Notes under the pieces: generated by a model
What the model saw: the letters and a program-made list of their open reading frames with translations, nothing else
Database searches by the model: none
What the model was told of the DNA's origin: nothing
Origin: a virus
IMG/VR virus record: IMGVR_UViG_3300025769_015982
Span: 22,013 to 86,012 of that record
Length of the DNA: 64,000 bases
Reading direction: 5' to 3' (one strand)
Part shown: in pieces, positions 8,327-19,848 of the stretch
How the letters are laid out: every line of letters starts with the position of its first letter
How positions within the stretch are numbered: the first letter of the stretch is position 1
Translations under genes and position numbers: made by a program

Positions 8327-9253
8327 ATGAGTAATCAAGAAGAAGTACCATGGTGGATCTGTAAGGAAGAAGATAAAAATTTCTGTACTTATGTAGACAC
8401 TGATTCAAACTATTTCCATGCTGAACCCCTATTAAGACACCTCTACCCGGATTTTAATGAAATGGATGAGAGTAAACAAGACGATTTACTCGAGAAAATG
8501 GCTCTCAAATACCAAGATCTCATTACTGAATACTATGATACACTAGCTAGAGACGCTTTTAATATCCAAAAACATCGTCTTGAAATGAAAACTGAATGTA
8601 CTATTCGTTCAGGATTTTTCTCAGGTAAGAGACGATACGCCCAATACATTACTAAAAAAGAAGGTATAAAGGTAGAAGATATTGATGTTAAAGGTCTTGA
8701 TTTTATGAAATCAAATTTCCCACCTCTATTTAAGAAGTTTTTTAATGAAATACTTAATAAAATCCTATTTGGAGCTACTAGAAATTCAATTGACCAAGAA
8801 ATCCTTGAATTCAAAAACAGTTTAGATGAATTGCCACTTGAAATGTTAGGCAAACCCACAGGAGTTAAAGATATTAAAAAATATATTGAACGTCCTCCGG
8901 GTGCAGGGAATATCTTTACAGTACTAAAAACAGGAACCCCAGTTAATGTTAAAGCTGCTGTCCGTTATAATGATTTTCTTAAATTTAAAGGATTAGACAA
9001 GCAACATTCCCAAATTGTACAGGGTGATAAAATTAAATGGGTATATTTAAAAGATAACCCTTATAAAATTGATACAATGGGTTTCTTAGACTTTGATTTC
9101 CCAGAAGGTATTCGTACATTCGTAGAGACTTATATAGATAGGGATAAAGCATTCGATTCTATTCTAAAAAATAAGTTAGAAACTTTTTATAAAGACTTAA
9201 GTTGGGGTAGTTTAACCCTTAACACACATGTAAATACATTTTTTTCATTCTAA
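8327..9253 (+). CDS. Family B DNA polymerase, C-terminal part (motif C palm and thumb)
   Basis: YVDTDS, GKRRYA, VKGLD and GDKIKWVYLK motifs; hydrophobic clamp-binding-like tail TFFSF. Confidence 0.92.
   Translation: MSNQEEVPWWICKEEDKNFCTYVDTDSNYFHAEPLLRHLYPDFNEMDESKQDDLLEKMALKYQDLITEYYDTLARDAFNIQKHRLEMKTECTIRSGFFSGKRRYAQYITKKEGIKVEDIDVKGLDFMKSNFPPLFKKFFNEILNKILFGATRNSIDQEILEFKNSLDELPLEMLGKPTGVKDIKKYIERPPGAGNIFTVLKTGTPVNVKAAVRYNDFLKFKGLDKQHSQIVQGDKIKWVYLKDNPYKIDTMGFLDFDFPEGIRTFVETYIDRDKAFDSILKNKLETFYKDLSWGSLTLNTHVNTFFSF
9092..9122 (+). promoter_or_regulatory. Putative internal Bacteroidota-type promoter inside the polB C-terminal gene
   Basis: TTTG-N19-TACATTCG preceded by TTCG, the same geometry as the repeated early promoters. 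Confidence 0.4.
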
Positions 9254-9981
9254 TGACAGATAAAAGAGTTATAGATCAATTTATTTCAAAGTATCACTTA
9301 GGGGGTACTATTGAAAGAGTTAAGTGGGTTTCTGATAAGGAATCCCTTAAAGCAGACTTCATAAATGATTCACAAAACTTAGTAGGTAGTGTAATATCTA
9401 AAAACTTTAAATTCCCCGTTGGTGAATTTGGAATTTATAGTACTTCTACTTTAAGTAAAATGTTAGGAATCCTTGAAAATGAAGTTATATTTGAAGTCCA
9501 AAAAGAAGGAGGTACACCTGCTAGGTTTAATATAGGTGATACTGCTATGGATATTAAATTTAATCTAGCAGATCCTCAAGTAATCCCCAATGTACCTAAC
9601 ATTAGTAAAACAGAAGGCGACATTCATGTGGAATTAACTGAAGAATTTGCTACACGTTTTATTAAATCTAAAGATGCCGTAGGTGAAGAAGTATTTTATA
9701 TTTCTACCCAAGATGGGTTTACTTCAAAGGAAATTAAATTCACTATAGGAAATAATACATCTAATTCAGTATCGTTTGCTGCTCTTATAGAAGATAGAAG
9801 CCCTGATATAGAATTAGACAGCATTCCCTTTAATGCGGACTTAGTAAAAGAAATATTTAAACACAATAAACGTTTTGAAATTGGTTGGCTAAAAATAAAC
9901 CCAAAAGGATTAATGACTTTTGTATTTAAATTTGGAGACCTAGAAACTAATTATTATCTTGTAAGAAATCAAAATCAATAA
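9253..9981 (+). CDS. Sliding clamp (gp45/PCNA-like)
   Basis: 242 aa; FGIYS...L.KML, ADP.VI and terminal YYLV patterns; between polB and the clamp loader. Confidence 0.7.
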   Translation: MTDKRVIDQFISKYHLGGTIERVKWVSDKESLKADFINDSQNLVGSVISKNFKFPVGEFGIYSTSTLSKMLGILENEVIFEVQKEGGTPARFNIGDTAMDIKFNLADPQVIPNVPNISKTEGDIHVELTEEFATRFIKSKDAVGEEVFYISTQDGFTSKEIKFTIGNNTSNSVSFAALIEDRSPDIELDSIPFNADLVKEIFKHNKRFEIGWLKINPKGLMTFVFKFGDLETNYYLVRNQNQ

Positions 9982-9983
9982 AA

Positions 9984-10283
9984 ATGGAGAATATCCCAAT
10001 TACACCGTTGGCTGATCGCGTGTTGATCCAACCGATTGAAGCCGAAGAATCAACCTACGGGAACATTGTTGTTCCCGACATGGGTAAGGATCGTCCTGAC
10101 TTCGGTAATATACTTGCTGTAGGCCCGGGCCGTTATGACAATAATGGTAATCTGGTTCCTGTACGAGTAGAAGTAGGACAAAAAGTTATTATGCCTAAGT
10201 ACGGGGCAAATACCGTAGAAATAGAAGGCGAAGAGTACGTACTCGCCTCAGAATCAGAAATTTTAGGAATTGTAAATCAATAA
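9984..10283 (+). CDS. groES: Co-chaperonin GroES
   Basis: PLADRVLI, AVGPG, VGQKV..PKYG and ESEILG motifs. Confidence 0.95.
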   Translation: MENIPITPLADRVLIQPIEAEESTYGNIVVPDMGKDRPDFGNILAVGPGRYDNNGNLVPVRVEVGQKVIMPKYGANTVEIEGEEYVLASESEILGIVNQ

Positions 10284-11902
<1,619 letters not shown>

Positions 11903-11903
<1 letters not shown>

Positions 11904-12793
11904 TGGATTTATTTGTAGAAAAATATAGACCACAAGATCTAAATGGGTTTGTAGGAGATGATACTATTCGCCTTAAAATTCAAGAATATCTTAAAACTGG
12001 TAAACTACAAAATCTACTATTGTTTGGACCAGCGGGGACAGGAAAAACCTCGCTGGCTAAACTAATAGTGGGGCAGTTGGGTGCTGATCATCTTTATATT
12101 AATGCTTCAGACGAAAGAGGTATTGATACAATTAGAGATAAAATCATCCCATTTGCTTCTAGTATTGGTTTTAATGGATTAAAAGTAGTTATATTAGATG
12201 AATCAGATTATCTTACAGCGCAAGCTCAAGCAACTCTACGAAACGTTATGGAAAGTTTCAGCGCATCCTGTAGGTTCATACTTACTTGTAATTATCTTGA
12301 TCGCATTATTAGCCCCCTTCAGTCTCGTTGTATGGCTTTTGGGATTACCCCACCTTCTAAAAAAGAAGTTGGCCAACATCTTTTAGGCATTTGTGACAAA
12401 GAAGAAATTACATATGCTAAAGAAGATTTAGGCCAGGTAATTCTTACCCACTACCCTGACATTAGAAAAATCCTTAATACCCTACAGGGTAGTCTAAAGG
12501 ATAACCAATTAGTACTAGATACTAAATCCCTTAAAAATACTGACTTCGAAAATAAGGTAGTAGAGGGATTAAAAAATAAAACTAAAATCAACAATATTAG
12601 ACAAATTATAGCTGATAGTGGAGCTACACAGTTTGAATCACTATTTAGGTGTTTATATGATAATGTTGAAGAATATACTACAAACGTAGGTGATGCAATA
12701 ATTATAATAGCTCAATATCAATATGAGTATGGGTTTGTAGTAGATAAAGAAATTTGTGTCGCCGCAATGTTAAATAAATTATTAAAGTTATGA
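11903..12793 (+). CDS. Clamp loader ATPase subunit (RFC small subunit/gp44-like)
   Basis: VEKYRP, GPAGTGKT, NASDERGI, ILDESD and SRC motifs. Confidence 0.93.
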
Positions 12794-12921
12794 GTGTAAA
12801 TTCAACACAACAAAATTACGATCAATTTCAAGATTGGTACAAGTGGTTTAATAAAAAATATAATAGATTCCACAAGCTTAGATTTAAAAAGCCCACTAAG
12901 AAAAATTATCACCAAAAATGA
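12790..12921 (+). CDS. Small basic hypothetical protein (43 aa)
   Basis: ATGA overlaps at both ends and fills the gap exactly; not in the ORF track. Confidence 0.5.
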   Translation: MSVNSTQQNYDQFQDWYKWFNKKYNRFHKLRFKKPTKKNYHQK

Positions 12922-13145
12922 TGAATCCACAACAACAACAACAATTTAATATTGATTTTAGTCAAACTACCCCAGTAGTTTGTGACGAATGTGGTCATGA
13001 ACATTTTGTTCAAGTTAACATGATGAGAAAATTATCTCCTATGTTATCCCCCACAGGTCAACCAGCATTAATTCCTATTCCTGTATTTGCATGTGCAAAA
13101 TGCAGCCATGTAAACGAAGAATTTATGCCTAATGACACCCTTTGA
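12918..13145 (+). CDS. Zinc-ribbon protein
   Basis: CDECG and CAKC pairs. Confidence 0.7.
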   Translation: MMNPQQQQQFNIDFSQTTPVVCDECGHEHFVQVNMMRKLSPMLSPTGQPALIPIPVFACAKCSHVNEEFMPNDTL

Positions 13146-13545
13146 TTTTTTAAAACTAGTACATAATAAAAGTACTAAGTGGGAAAATTTTAATGAGGAT
13201 GAACAAAAAGCCTATAATACATTTATTATAAATAAAGCTTTGAGTTTTAATTCTAATTATCTAGATGTTGTGAACAAAATCCAACATTTCACCCCAACTC
13301 CTAAAGAATCATTTAAATATTTACAATCTATGACTAGTAATAAATTTAGATATAATAAATGGATTAAGGGAGGTAAAAGCACTAAGTTTAACCTTAATTT
13401 GATTGAAACCATAAGTACTCATTTAGAATGCTCCCAAAAACAGGCTGAAGAATATTTATATATCCTTGAAAAAAAGGAAATTAAAAATATGCTAAAACAC
13501 ATAGGGATTCAAGAGTCTGAAATTAAAAAACTAATGAAAAAATGA
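13132..13545 (+). CDS. Clamp loader small subunit (gp62-like)
   Basis: MTPFDFL start, YN.FIINKALS, KWIK and ECS.KQAEEY patterns; near the clamp loader ATPase. Confidence 0.7.
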   Translation: MTPFDFLKLVHNKSTKWENFNEDEQKAYNTFIINKALSFNSNYLDVVNKIQHFTPTPKESFKYLQSMTSNKFRYNKWIKGGKSTKFNLNLIETISTHLECSQKQAEEYLYILEKKEIKNMLKHIGIQESEIKKLMKK

Positions 13546-13898
13546 TCAATTTTAGCGAAGAAGATGATGCCGCCGTAAAATGGTGTGAAGAAAAATATCC
13601 TGAACTAACTCAGGAATATAAAAAAATCATGATGGAACAGTATGTTCTATTTTGTAAAAAACATCGCAATTATGGTACTTCAAATGTAAATGTAGGAACT
13701 AACCTTGAAACAGATGTTGACATTAAATTAGCTCTTACAGGGTTATGGTTTAGGATTAATGATAAAATTAATCGCCTTAAAAATTTGGTTGTGTTAGGAG
13801 AACCTGATACAGTAGGGGAGCCTATAGAAGATACCCTTAAGGACCTAAGTGTGTACGGAATCATAGGTCAAATCGTACAACAAGGTAAATTTAAATGA
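13542..13898 (+). CDS. DUF1599 / nucleotide modification associated domain 1 protein (MazG-like fold)
   Basis: KHRNYG, RINDKINRL and EDTLKDLSVYGII motifs. Confidence 0.75.
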   Translation: MINFSEEDDAAVKWCEEKYPELTQEYKKIMMEQYVLFCKKHRNYGTSNVNVGTNLETDVDIKLALTGLWFRINDKINRLKNLVVLGEPDTVGEPIEDTLKDLSVYGIIGQIVQQGKFK

Positions 13899-14824
13899 TT
13901 ATTGAAAATATTCAAAGCACAGTAGTCCCTAAAATGGATTACGAAAAATATAGGATGGTTTCCTATACACAACTTTCTTTATGGTTGGAATGTCCCCATA
14001 AATGGAAGTTAATGTATATTGATAAACTTAAACAGCCCCCTAATATTCACTTAGCATTTGGTTCGGCAATGCATGAATCACTCCAAGAATATTTTGAGTT
14101 AATGTATAATAAGTCTATTAAACAAGCAGATGATTTTAATATCCATGAGGATTTCCAACAGCGTTTTATGAAAATGTATCGTGACTATAAGGAACAGATT
14201 GGTGAAAATTTTTCTACCAAAAAGGAAATTATGGAATTTGTAAATGATGGACTAAACATTATTGATTTCTTTTTGCAAAGGCGCCAAATGTATTTTTCTA
14301 AAAGAGGAACTCGATTGCTAGGAATTGAAATGCCTATTTTAACTCCTCCCCATAAAGAACACCCTAATATTATGCTTTATGGTAAACTAGATTTAGTTTT
14401 TTATGATGAAGATTTACAAAAAGTAACTATTTGGGATATTAAAACATCTACTAGAGGATGGGGGAAGTGGGATAAAGAAAATAAAATCAAAATGGCCCAA
14501 ATGGTTCTTTATAAAAAATATTTCGCTGAACAATATAATGTTCCAGTTGATTCTATCGATTGTAAATATTTTATTGTAAAACGTAAGGTACCAAAAGACC
14601 CAAAATACCCAGCAATGGCTTCGCGTATTCAAACATACGAGCCATCATCGGGTAAGACAACAATGAATCGTGTATCTAAACATCTTTATGAATTTATTGA
14701 CGATTGTTTTAAGGACGATATGTATCAGATGAAGGACTACACTAAAAACCCATCAGATAAAAATTGCAGGTGGTGTCCTTTTAAAGATAAACCCGAACTC
14801 TGTGATAAAGAACATTCAAGCTAG
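13895..14824 (+). CDS. PD-(D/E)XK exonuclease (RecB/Cas4-like, Fe-S staple)
   Basis: SYTQL...CP, FGSAMHE, GKLDLV, DIKTS and CRWCPF...C motifs. Confidence 0.85.
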   Translation: MIIENIQSTVVPKMDYEKYRMVSYTQLSLWLECPHKWKLMYIDKLKQPPNIHLAFGSAMHESLQEYFELMYNKSIKQADDFNIHEDFQQRFMKMYRDYKEQIGENFSTKKEIMEFVNDGLNIIDFFLQRRQMYFSKRGTRLLGIEMPILTPPHKEHPNIMLYGKLDLVFYDEDLQKVTIWDIKTSTRGWGKWDKENKIKMAQMVLYKKYFAEQYNVPVDSIDCKYFIVKRKVPKDPKYPAMASRIQTYEPSSGKTTMNRVSKHLYEFIDDCFKDDMYQMKDYTKNPSDKNCRWCPFKDKPELCDKEHSS

Positions 14825-15755
14825 GATATTTCCTTTTATAATTGCCTTATCAGCACTTTCTGTTTCAGCATCAGCTGCTTTCTACTCTGTTAGTGGATTA
14901 AGTAAACTATTTGCTGGAGCAGCATTTGCTGTTATTATAATGGCTGCTTCACTTGAAGTAGCTAAGCTAGTAATTGCTTCTTTACTTTATCAATATAGGG
15001 AGAAATTACCTCGTCTACTTAAATATTATTTATCGATAGCCTGCTTTATACTAATTTTAATTACAAGTATGGGTATTTATGGCTTTTTATCCGCTGCTTA
15101 CCAGGAAACAGCAGCATTAGCAGGAAATGTAGACGCTCAAATATCATTAGTAGAAACTAAACGTGATAATGTAAAAGAACAACTCACGATATATAATGCA
15201 GAAAAAGAAAGCATTAACGAGGCGGTGAGAGACTTAAGGTCTGGCTTATCTAACAATGTAATACAGTATACTGACACATTAGGTAATGTTATTACAACAA
15301 CCTCTTCATCTACTAGGAGAGCCCTAGAAAAACAACTTGACCAAGCAATTGAGCGTCAAACTGAAATCAATACCAGAGTAGACGACTTAAACCAACAATT
15401 ATTTGAATATGAAACAGAAATAGTTGAGGTAACTAGCAACGCTAATGTTACGGGTGAATTAGGTCCTCTTAAGTATTTATCTGGCTTAACAGGTAAACCT
15501 ATGGATCAGATTATAAACTGGTTATTATTAACTATTATATTTGTATTTGATCCTTTAGCTATTGCTCTTGTAATTGCTGCAAATTTTGCTTTTGCCCAAC
15601 TAAAAACTAAAGATAATAAAAAATCTGAAGTTAAAATAATAGAAAAAATAGTAGAAGTACCTATTGAAAAAGTTATTTATAAAGATAACCCTATACTAAA
15701 TCACCCTAGGATACAAGAAGCAATAAGACATGCTAAAAGGGCAGGGGAATTATAA
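14802..15755 (+). CDS. Multi-pass membrane protein with long coiled coil
   Basis: Three N-terminal hydrophobic helices, a heptad-rich middle, and a C-terminal TM segment (IFVFDPLAIAL). Confidence 0.7.
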   Translation: MIKNIQARIFPFIIALSALSVSASAAFYSVSGLSKLFAGAAFAVIIMAASLEVAKLVIASLLYQYREKLPRLLKYYLSIACFILILITSMGIYGFLSAAYQETAALAGNVDAQISLVETKRDNVKEQLTIYNAEKESINEAVRDLRSGLSNNVIQYTDTLGNVITTTSSSTRRALEKQLDQAIERQTEINTRVDDLNQQLFEYETEIVEVTSNANVTGELGPLKYLSGLTGKPMDQIINWLLLTIIFVFDPLAIALVIAANFAFAQLKTKDNKKSEVKIIEKIVEVPIEKVIYKDNPILNHPRIQEAIRHAKRAGEL

Positions 15756-15760
15756 TTTAC

Positions 15761-15784
15761 GTATATGTATAGATAAACATATAC
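15761..15784. promoter_or_regulatory. Palindromic operator candidate GTATATGT-N8-ACATATAC
   Basis: Perfect 8-bp inverted repeat 3 nt before a small DNA-binding gene, overlapping an ATATGTAT motif. Confidence 0.45.
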
Positions 15785-15787
15785 AAC

Positions 15788-15979
15788 ATGGCTTTAAAAT
15801 TAACATCTGTAAAATTAGAAGAACGTTTATTTGAAGATTTCAAAGTAGCTTCAATTAGACAAAAATTTAATCTTCAAAAATTAGTTAATAGAACTATACA
15901 TCTCTATTTAACTGATGAGGAGTTTGCAAAACAACTTCATACACATACCGATCTGACTGTTAGTGGCAGCGGATTATAA
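15788..15979 (+). CDS. Ribbon-helix-helix-like DNA-binding protein
   Basis: Alternating beta ribbon KLTSVKL followed by two helices; 63 aa. Confidence 0.55.
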   Translation: MALKLTSVKLEERLFEDFKVASIRQKFNLQKLVNRTIHLYLTDEEFAKQLHTHTDLTVSGSGL

Positions 15980-15999
15980 ACAATAAAAGGTTTTATTTA

Positions 16000-17469
16000 A
16001 TGAAAAAAGGTTATATTCCTAAAGAGGAAAGGAAAAAAATCCTCTTATTATGCGATGATATTCGCCTCCATAGTGGTATTGCTACTATGGCTAAAGAAAT
16101 AGTATTAAATACGGCTCACCATTTTAATTGGATAAATTTAGGAGCAGCTATTAAACATCCGGAAATTGGTAAAGCATTTGATTTAAGTCAACAAATAAAT
16201 GAAATTGCAAAAATCCCAGATGCAGACGTAAAAGTTATTCCTTTTGATGGTTATGGGAATGATCAAATTATCCGTCAGTTAATTAATCAAGAGAAACCAG
16301 ATGCAATACTTCATTTTACTGATCCACGTTATTGGACTTGGCTATACAGAATGGAAAAAGAAATTAGAACTAAAATCCCTATGGTTTTTTATACTATTTG
16401 GGATGATTTACCATACCCAATGTGGAATAGAGATTTTTACCGTTCAGATGATCTTCTTCTTTGTATTTCAAAACAAACTGAAAATTTAGTTAAAAATGTA
16501 CTTAAAGATTACCCAAAAGAAGATTGGCAAGTACAATATATCCCACATGGTATAGATAAAAATAAATTTTTCCCTATAGCTAATGATCTTGAATTTGACG
16601 TATTTAAAGATAAGTTTTATGAAGGTAAGGAATATGATTTTGTAGTATTTTGGAACAATAGAAATATTCGTCGCAAAAACCCAGGTGATGTAATTACTGC
16701 TTGGAGAGTATTTACAGACCAACTTACCCCAGAACAAGCTGAACGTTGTTTACTTATTATGCACACTGATAAAGTAGATCCTAATGGTACTGATATACCT
16801 GCAGTTATTGAACACATGTGTGATCCTATAAAAGCTAAAGTTAAGTTCACACATGGTAAGTGTGATGAAAAAATCCTTAATTACTATTATAATTTAGCAG
16901 ACGCTCAATTTATGATGACTGATAATGAGGGTTGGGGTTTATCACTCACAGAAGGTATTATGGCGGGTAATATGGCAATTGCCCCTGTTCAGGGAGGTAT
17001 GCAGGATCAAATGCGTTTTGAAGATGAAAACGGTGATTGGATTAATTTCACTACTAAGTTTCCTACTAATAGTAATGGTAAATATGAAAAATGTGGTGAG
17101 TGGGCTATTCCAATGTGGCCTAAAACACGTTCATTAAAAGGATCCCCACAAACCCCATATATTTACGCATCCCAAGTAGATATTGAAGACGCGGGTTTAG
17201 CACTCTTGAAGTGTTATAATCTTGGCAGAGATGAGATTAGTAAAAGGGGCCTTAAAGGTAGAGAATGGTTAATATCTAATGAGGCTAAAATGACTTCTAA
17301 AGACATGGGAGAAAATTTTATAACTCACCTTGATATTTTATTTAAAAACTGGGAACCTGTAGATAGATTTACTATAGAAAAAGTAGATGAAGGGTATACT
17401 ACATTTAATCCTAATCCAGTACAATATACCCCTAAATTTAAACAAAAATTAAAAGAAATTTTAACATGA
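16000..17469 (+). CDS. Glycosyltransferase (GT-B, GT4-like)
   Basis: SGIA N-terminal loop, YIPHG, NRNIRRKN and EGWGLSLTE motifs. Confidence 0.85.
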   Translation: MKKGYIPKEERKKILLLCDDIRLHSGIATMAKEIVLNTAHHFNWINLGAAIKHPEIGKAFDLSQQINEIAKIPDADVKVIPFDGYGNDQIIRQLINQEKPDAILHFTDPRYWTWLYRMEKEIRTKIPMVFYTIWDDLPYPMWNRDFYRSDDLLLCISKQTENLVKNVLKDYPKEDWQVQYIPHGIDKNKFFPIANDLEFDVFKDKFYEGKEYDFVVFWNNRNIRRKNPGDVITAWRVFTDQLTPEQAERCLLIMHTDKVDPNGTDIPAVIEHMCDPIKAKVKFTHGKCDEKILNYYYNLADAQFMMTDNEGWGLSLTEGIMAGNMAIAPVQGGMQDQMRFEDENGDWINFTTKFPTNSNGKYEKCGEWAIPMWPKTRSLKGSPQTPYIYASQVDIEDAGLALLKCYNLGRDEISKRGLKGREWLISNEAKMTSKDMGENFITHLDILFKNWEPVDRFTIEKVDEGYTTFNPNPVQYTPKFKQKLKEILT

Positions 17470-18782
17470 AGCCAACTTGTATAGTTAGTTGTCCAATAGA
17501 TACCTTTAGTGGATATGGACATCGTTCACGTGATTTTGTTCGATCACTTATAGAAGCCAAAAGTAATGATTGGGATATTAAAATTATGCCTCAAAAATGG
17601 GGAAATACCCCATGGGGGTTTTTAGAAGAAACTGATCCTTTAAAACAGTATTATCTTACTCCTGGAGAACACCCCCAACCCGAGGTATGGATGCAAATTA
17701 CAATCCCTAATGAATTTCAAAAACAGGGAAAATACAATATAGGCATAACCGCTGGCATTGAATCTACATGCCCCCCTCCAGACTTTATAGAAGGAATGAA
17801 TAGAATGGATTTAAATTTAGTATCATCTAATTTTACTAAAAATACATTTCAATCCATTAATATTACCCAAAATGATAAGCAGGGGAACCCGGTTAAAGAG
17901 GTAAAACTAGAAAAACCTATTGAAGTTTTACTTGAAGGTTTAGATACAGGAGTTTATTTTAAAGAACCTAATAAATCAGGACTATTAAATAATATTGATG
18001 AAAGTTTTTGTTTTTTATTTACAGGCCACTGGTTACCTGGTAATTTTGGGGAAGATAGAAAAGATGTAGCTACCTTAATTAAAACATTCCTAAAAACATT
18101 TAACCAAAGAGGATCTAAACCAGCATTACTTTTAAAAACTAATAAAGTAGATTATAGTCTTTTGGATAAAGAAGAAATTCTTAAAAGTATAAGGGAAATT
18201 AGAAATCAATTTGAATATAAAAATAATCTTCCTAATATTTACATTCTCCATGGCGAATTTACTAATGAAGAGTTAAATAAAATTAACAATGACCCTAAAG
18301 TTAAAGCATTTGTTTCTTTTACTAAAGGTGAAGGTTTTGGTCGTCCATTACTTGAACAAGCAATTACGGGTAAACCTGTAATTACAACTAACTGGAGTGG
18401 TCATACTGATTTTATTCGCCCTGAATATAATGTATTGCTTGGGGGCGAATTAAAAAATATTCATAAATCGGCTGCTAATAATTGGCTATTAGAACAAGCC
18501 CAATGGTTTGATGTTAATGAAGAAATAGCTTCTAAAGCTATGAAAAATGTTTATAAAAATTATAAAAAGTATATTGAGCAAAGTAGAAAACAAACTAAAT
18601 GGTTAAAAGAAAACTTTAGTCAAAATAAAATGACTGAAACATTAAAACAGTATATGGATAAAGTAGGTATAGTATCTAATGTTCCTTTACAATTACCACA
18701 GTTAAAGAAATTAAATAGTTCTCCTACAAATACTGAACCCCCAAAACTTAAACTCCCTCAACTTAAAAAAATACCAGTATGA
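17466..18782 (+). CDS. Glycosyltransferase (GT-B, GT4-like)
   Basis: SGYG, DRKD and EGFGRPLLE...PVITTNWSGHTDF motifs. Confidence 0.85.
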   Translation: MKPTCIVSCPIDTFSGYGHRSRDFVRSLIEAKSNDWDIKIMPQKWGNTPWGFLEETDPLKQYYLTPGEHPQPEVWMQITIPNEFQKQGKYNIGITAGIESTCPPPDFIEGMNRMDLNLVSSNFTKNTFQSINITQNDKQGNPVKEVKLEKPIEVLLEGLDTGVYFKEPNKSGLLNNIDESFCFLFTGHWLPGNFGEDRKDVATLIKTFLKTFNQRGSKPALLLKTNKVDYSLLDKEEILKSIREIRNQFEYKNNLPNIYILHGEFTNEELNKINNDPKVKAFVSFTKGEGFGRPLLEQAITGKPVITTNWSGHTDFIRPEYNVLLGGELKNIHKSAANNWLLEQAQWFDVNEEIASKAMKNVYKNYKKYIEQSRKQTKWLKENFSQNKMTETLKQYMDKVGIVSNVPLQLPQLKKLNSSPTNTEPPKLKLPQLKKIPV

Positions 18783-19234
18783 CAACAGAATTAATAAAAT
18801 GTCCTTGTTGTAATTCAGATGCTTGTTCCGTAACCACGAATAATGATGTTAAAATTTACTTATGTTGGACGTGTGGGATGACTACAACTAGTGAGTTAAT
18901 TGATGGTAGTAATTTTGAAAAAGAAAATTATGAACACACTGCAGAATTAATTAAAGATTTAAAACAAGTACATGATAATTTAGCTTGGTACCCTAAAGTC
19001 ATTAACTTACAAGAAAACGGAATGGTATTCCCTGAATGGAATAAACGAGTTAAAGATTGGTATTGGGCAGCTGTTAAAGCAATTCCTGTAACAGAGAAAG
19101 AAAAAGAAAAATACCCTGACCCTAATAATCCTGGTGAATTTTATAAATTTAAAACTGACATTAAAAATATAAAACGTTATGACAAGTTATGTTTTATGGA
19201 TGCCGCTGAAGAAATAGGAATGTTTGAACCATGA
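18779..19234 (+). CDS. Hypothetical Zn-finger protein
   Basis: CPCC and CWTCG motifs. Confidence 0.6.
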   Translation: MTTELIKCPCCNSDACSVTTNNDVKIYLCWTCGMTTTSELIDGSNFEKENYEHTAELIKDLKQVHDNLAWYPKVINLQENGMVFPEWNKRVKDWYWAAVKAIPVTEKEKEKYPDPNNPGEFYKFKTDIKNIKRYDKLCFMDAAEEIGMFEP

Positions 19235-19848
19235 AAATAAGTTACGCAATACCGGTCCACAATGAGTATAAAGAAATAGATAGATTACTTGAACATCTTC
19301 TTAAATATAAAAGAAAAGAAGACGAAATCGTAGTACAATGTGATCAAGGCAATACTACAGGAAATGTATATAAAGTATTAAATAAATACGAAAAGCAAAT
19401 TCATATAATTGAATTTCCCCTAAATAGAGATTTTGCAAATTTTAAAAATAATCTAAAAAATAATTGTGAAGGAGATTGGATTTTTCAAATTGATGCTGAT
19501 GAAATACCTGATGAATATTTAATTTCTACTTTACATGCTATTTTAAAAGAAAACCCAACTACTGAAGTATTTTGGGTTCCTAGGATTAATACAGTACATG
19601 GTATAACAAAAGAACATATCCAAAAATGGAGGTGGATTGTAGACCACGATGGAAGAGTTAATTTTCCTGATTACCAATGTAGAATCCTCCAAAATACTCC
19701 TAAGATACAATGGGTTAGTAAAGTCCATGAAGTATTACATGGACATAGTAGCCAAACTAAGTTACCCCAAAACGATGAATTTTGTCTTATTCATCCTAAA
19801 TCTATTGAAAGGCAAGAACACCAGAATAAACTATATAGTGCAATATGA
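19231..19848 (+). CDS. Glycosyltransferase family 2
   Basis: ISYAIPVHNE, WIFQIDADE, PDYQ.R and KVHE motifs. Confidence 0.85.
   Translation: MKISYAIPVHNEYKEIDRLLEHLLKYKRKEDEIVVQCDQGNTTGNVYKVLNKYEKQIHIIEFPLNRDFANFKNNLKNNCEGDWIFQIDADEIPDEYLISTLHAILKENPTTEVFWVPRINTVHGITKEHIQKWRWIVDHDGRVNFPDYQCRILQNTPKIQWVSKVHEVLHGHSSQTKLPQNDEFCLIHPKSIERQEHQNKLYSAI

Noticed and set aside
13895-14824. Cas4-like nuclease as a sign of CRISPR-Cas
   Set aside because: There is no cas1/cas2 and no repeat-spacer array; stand-alone nucleases of this type are normal in phage replication modules.
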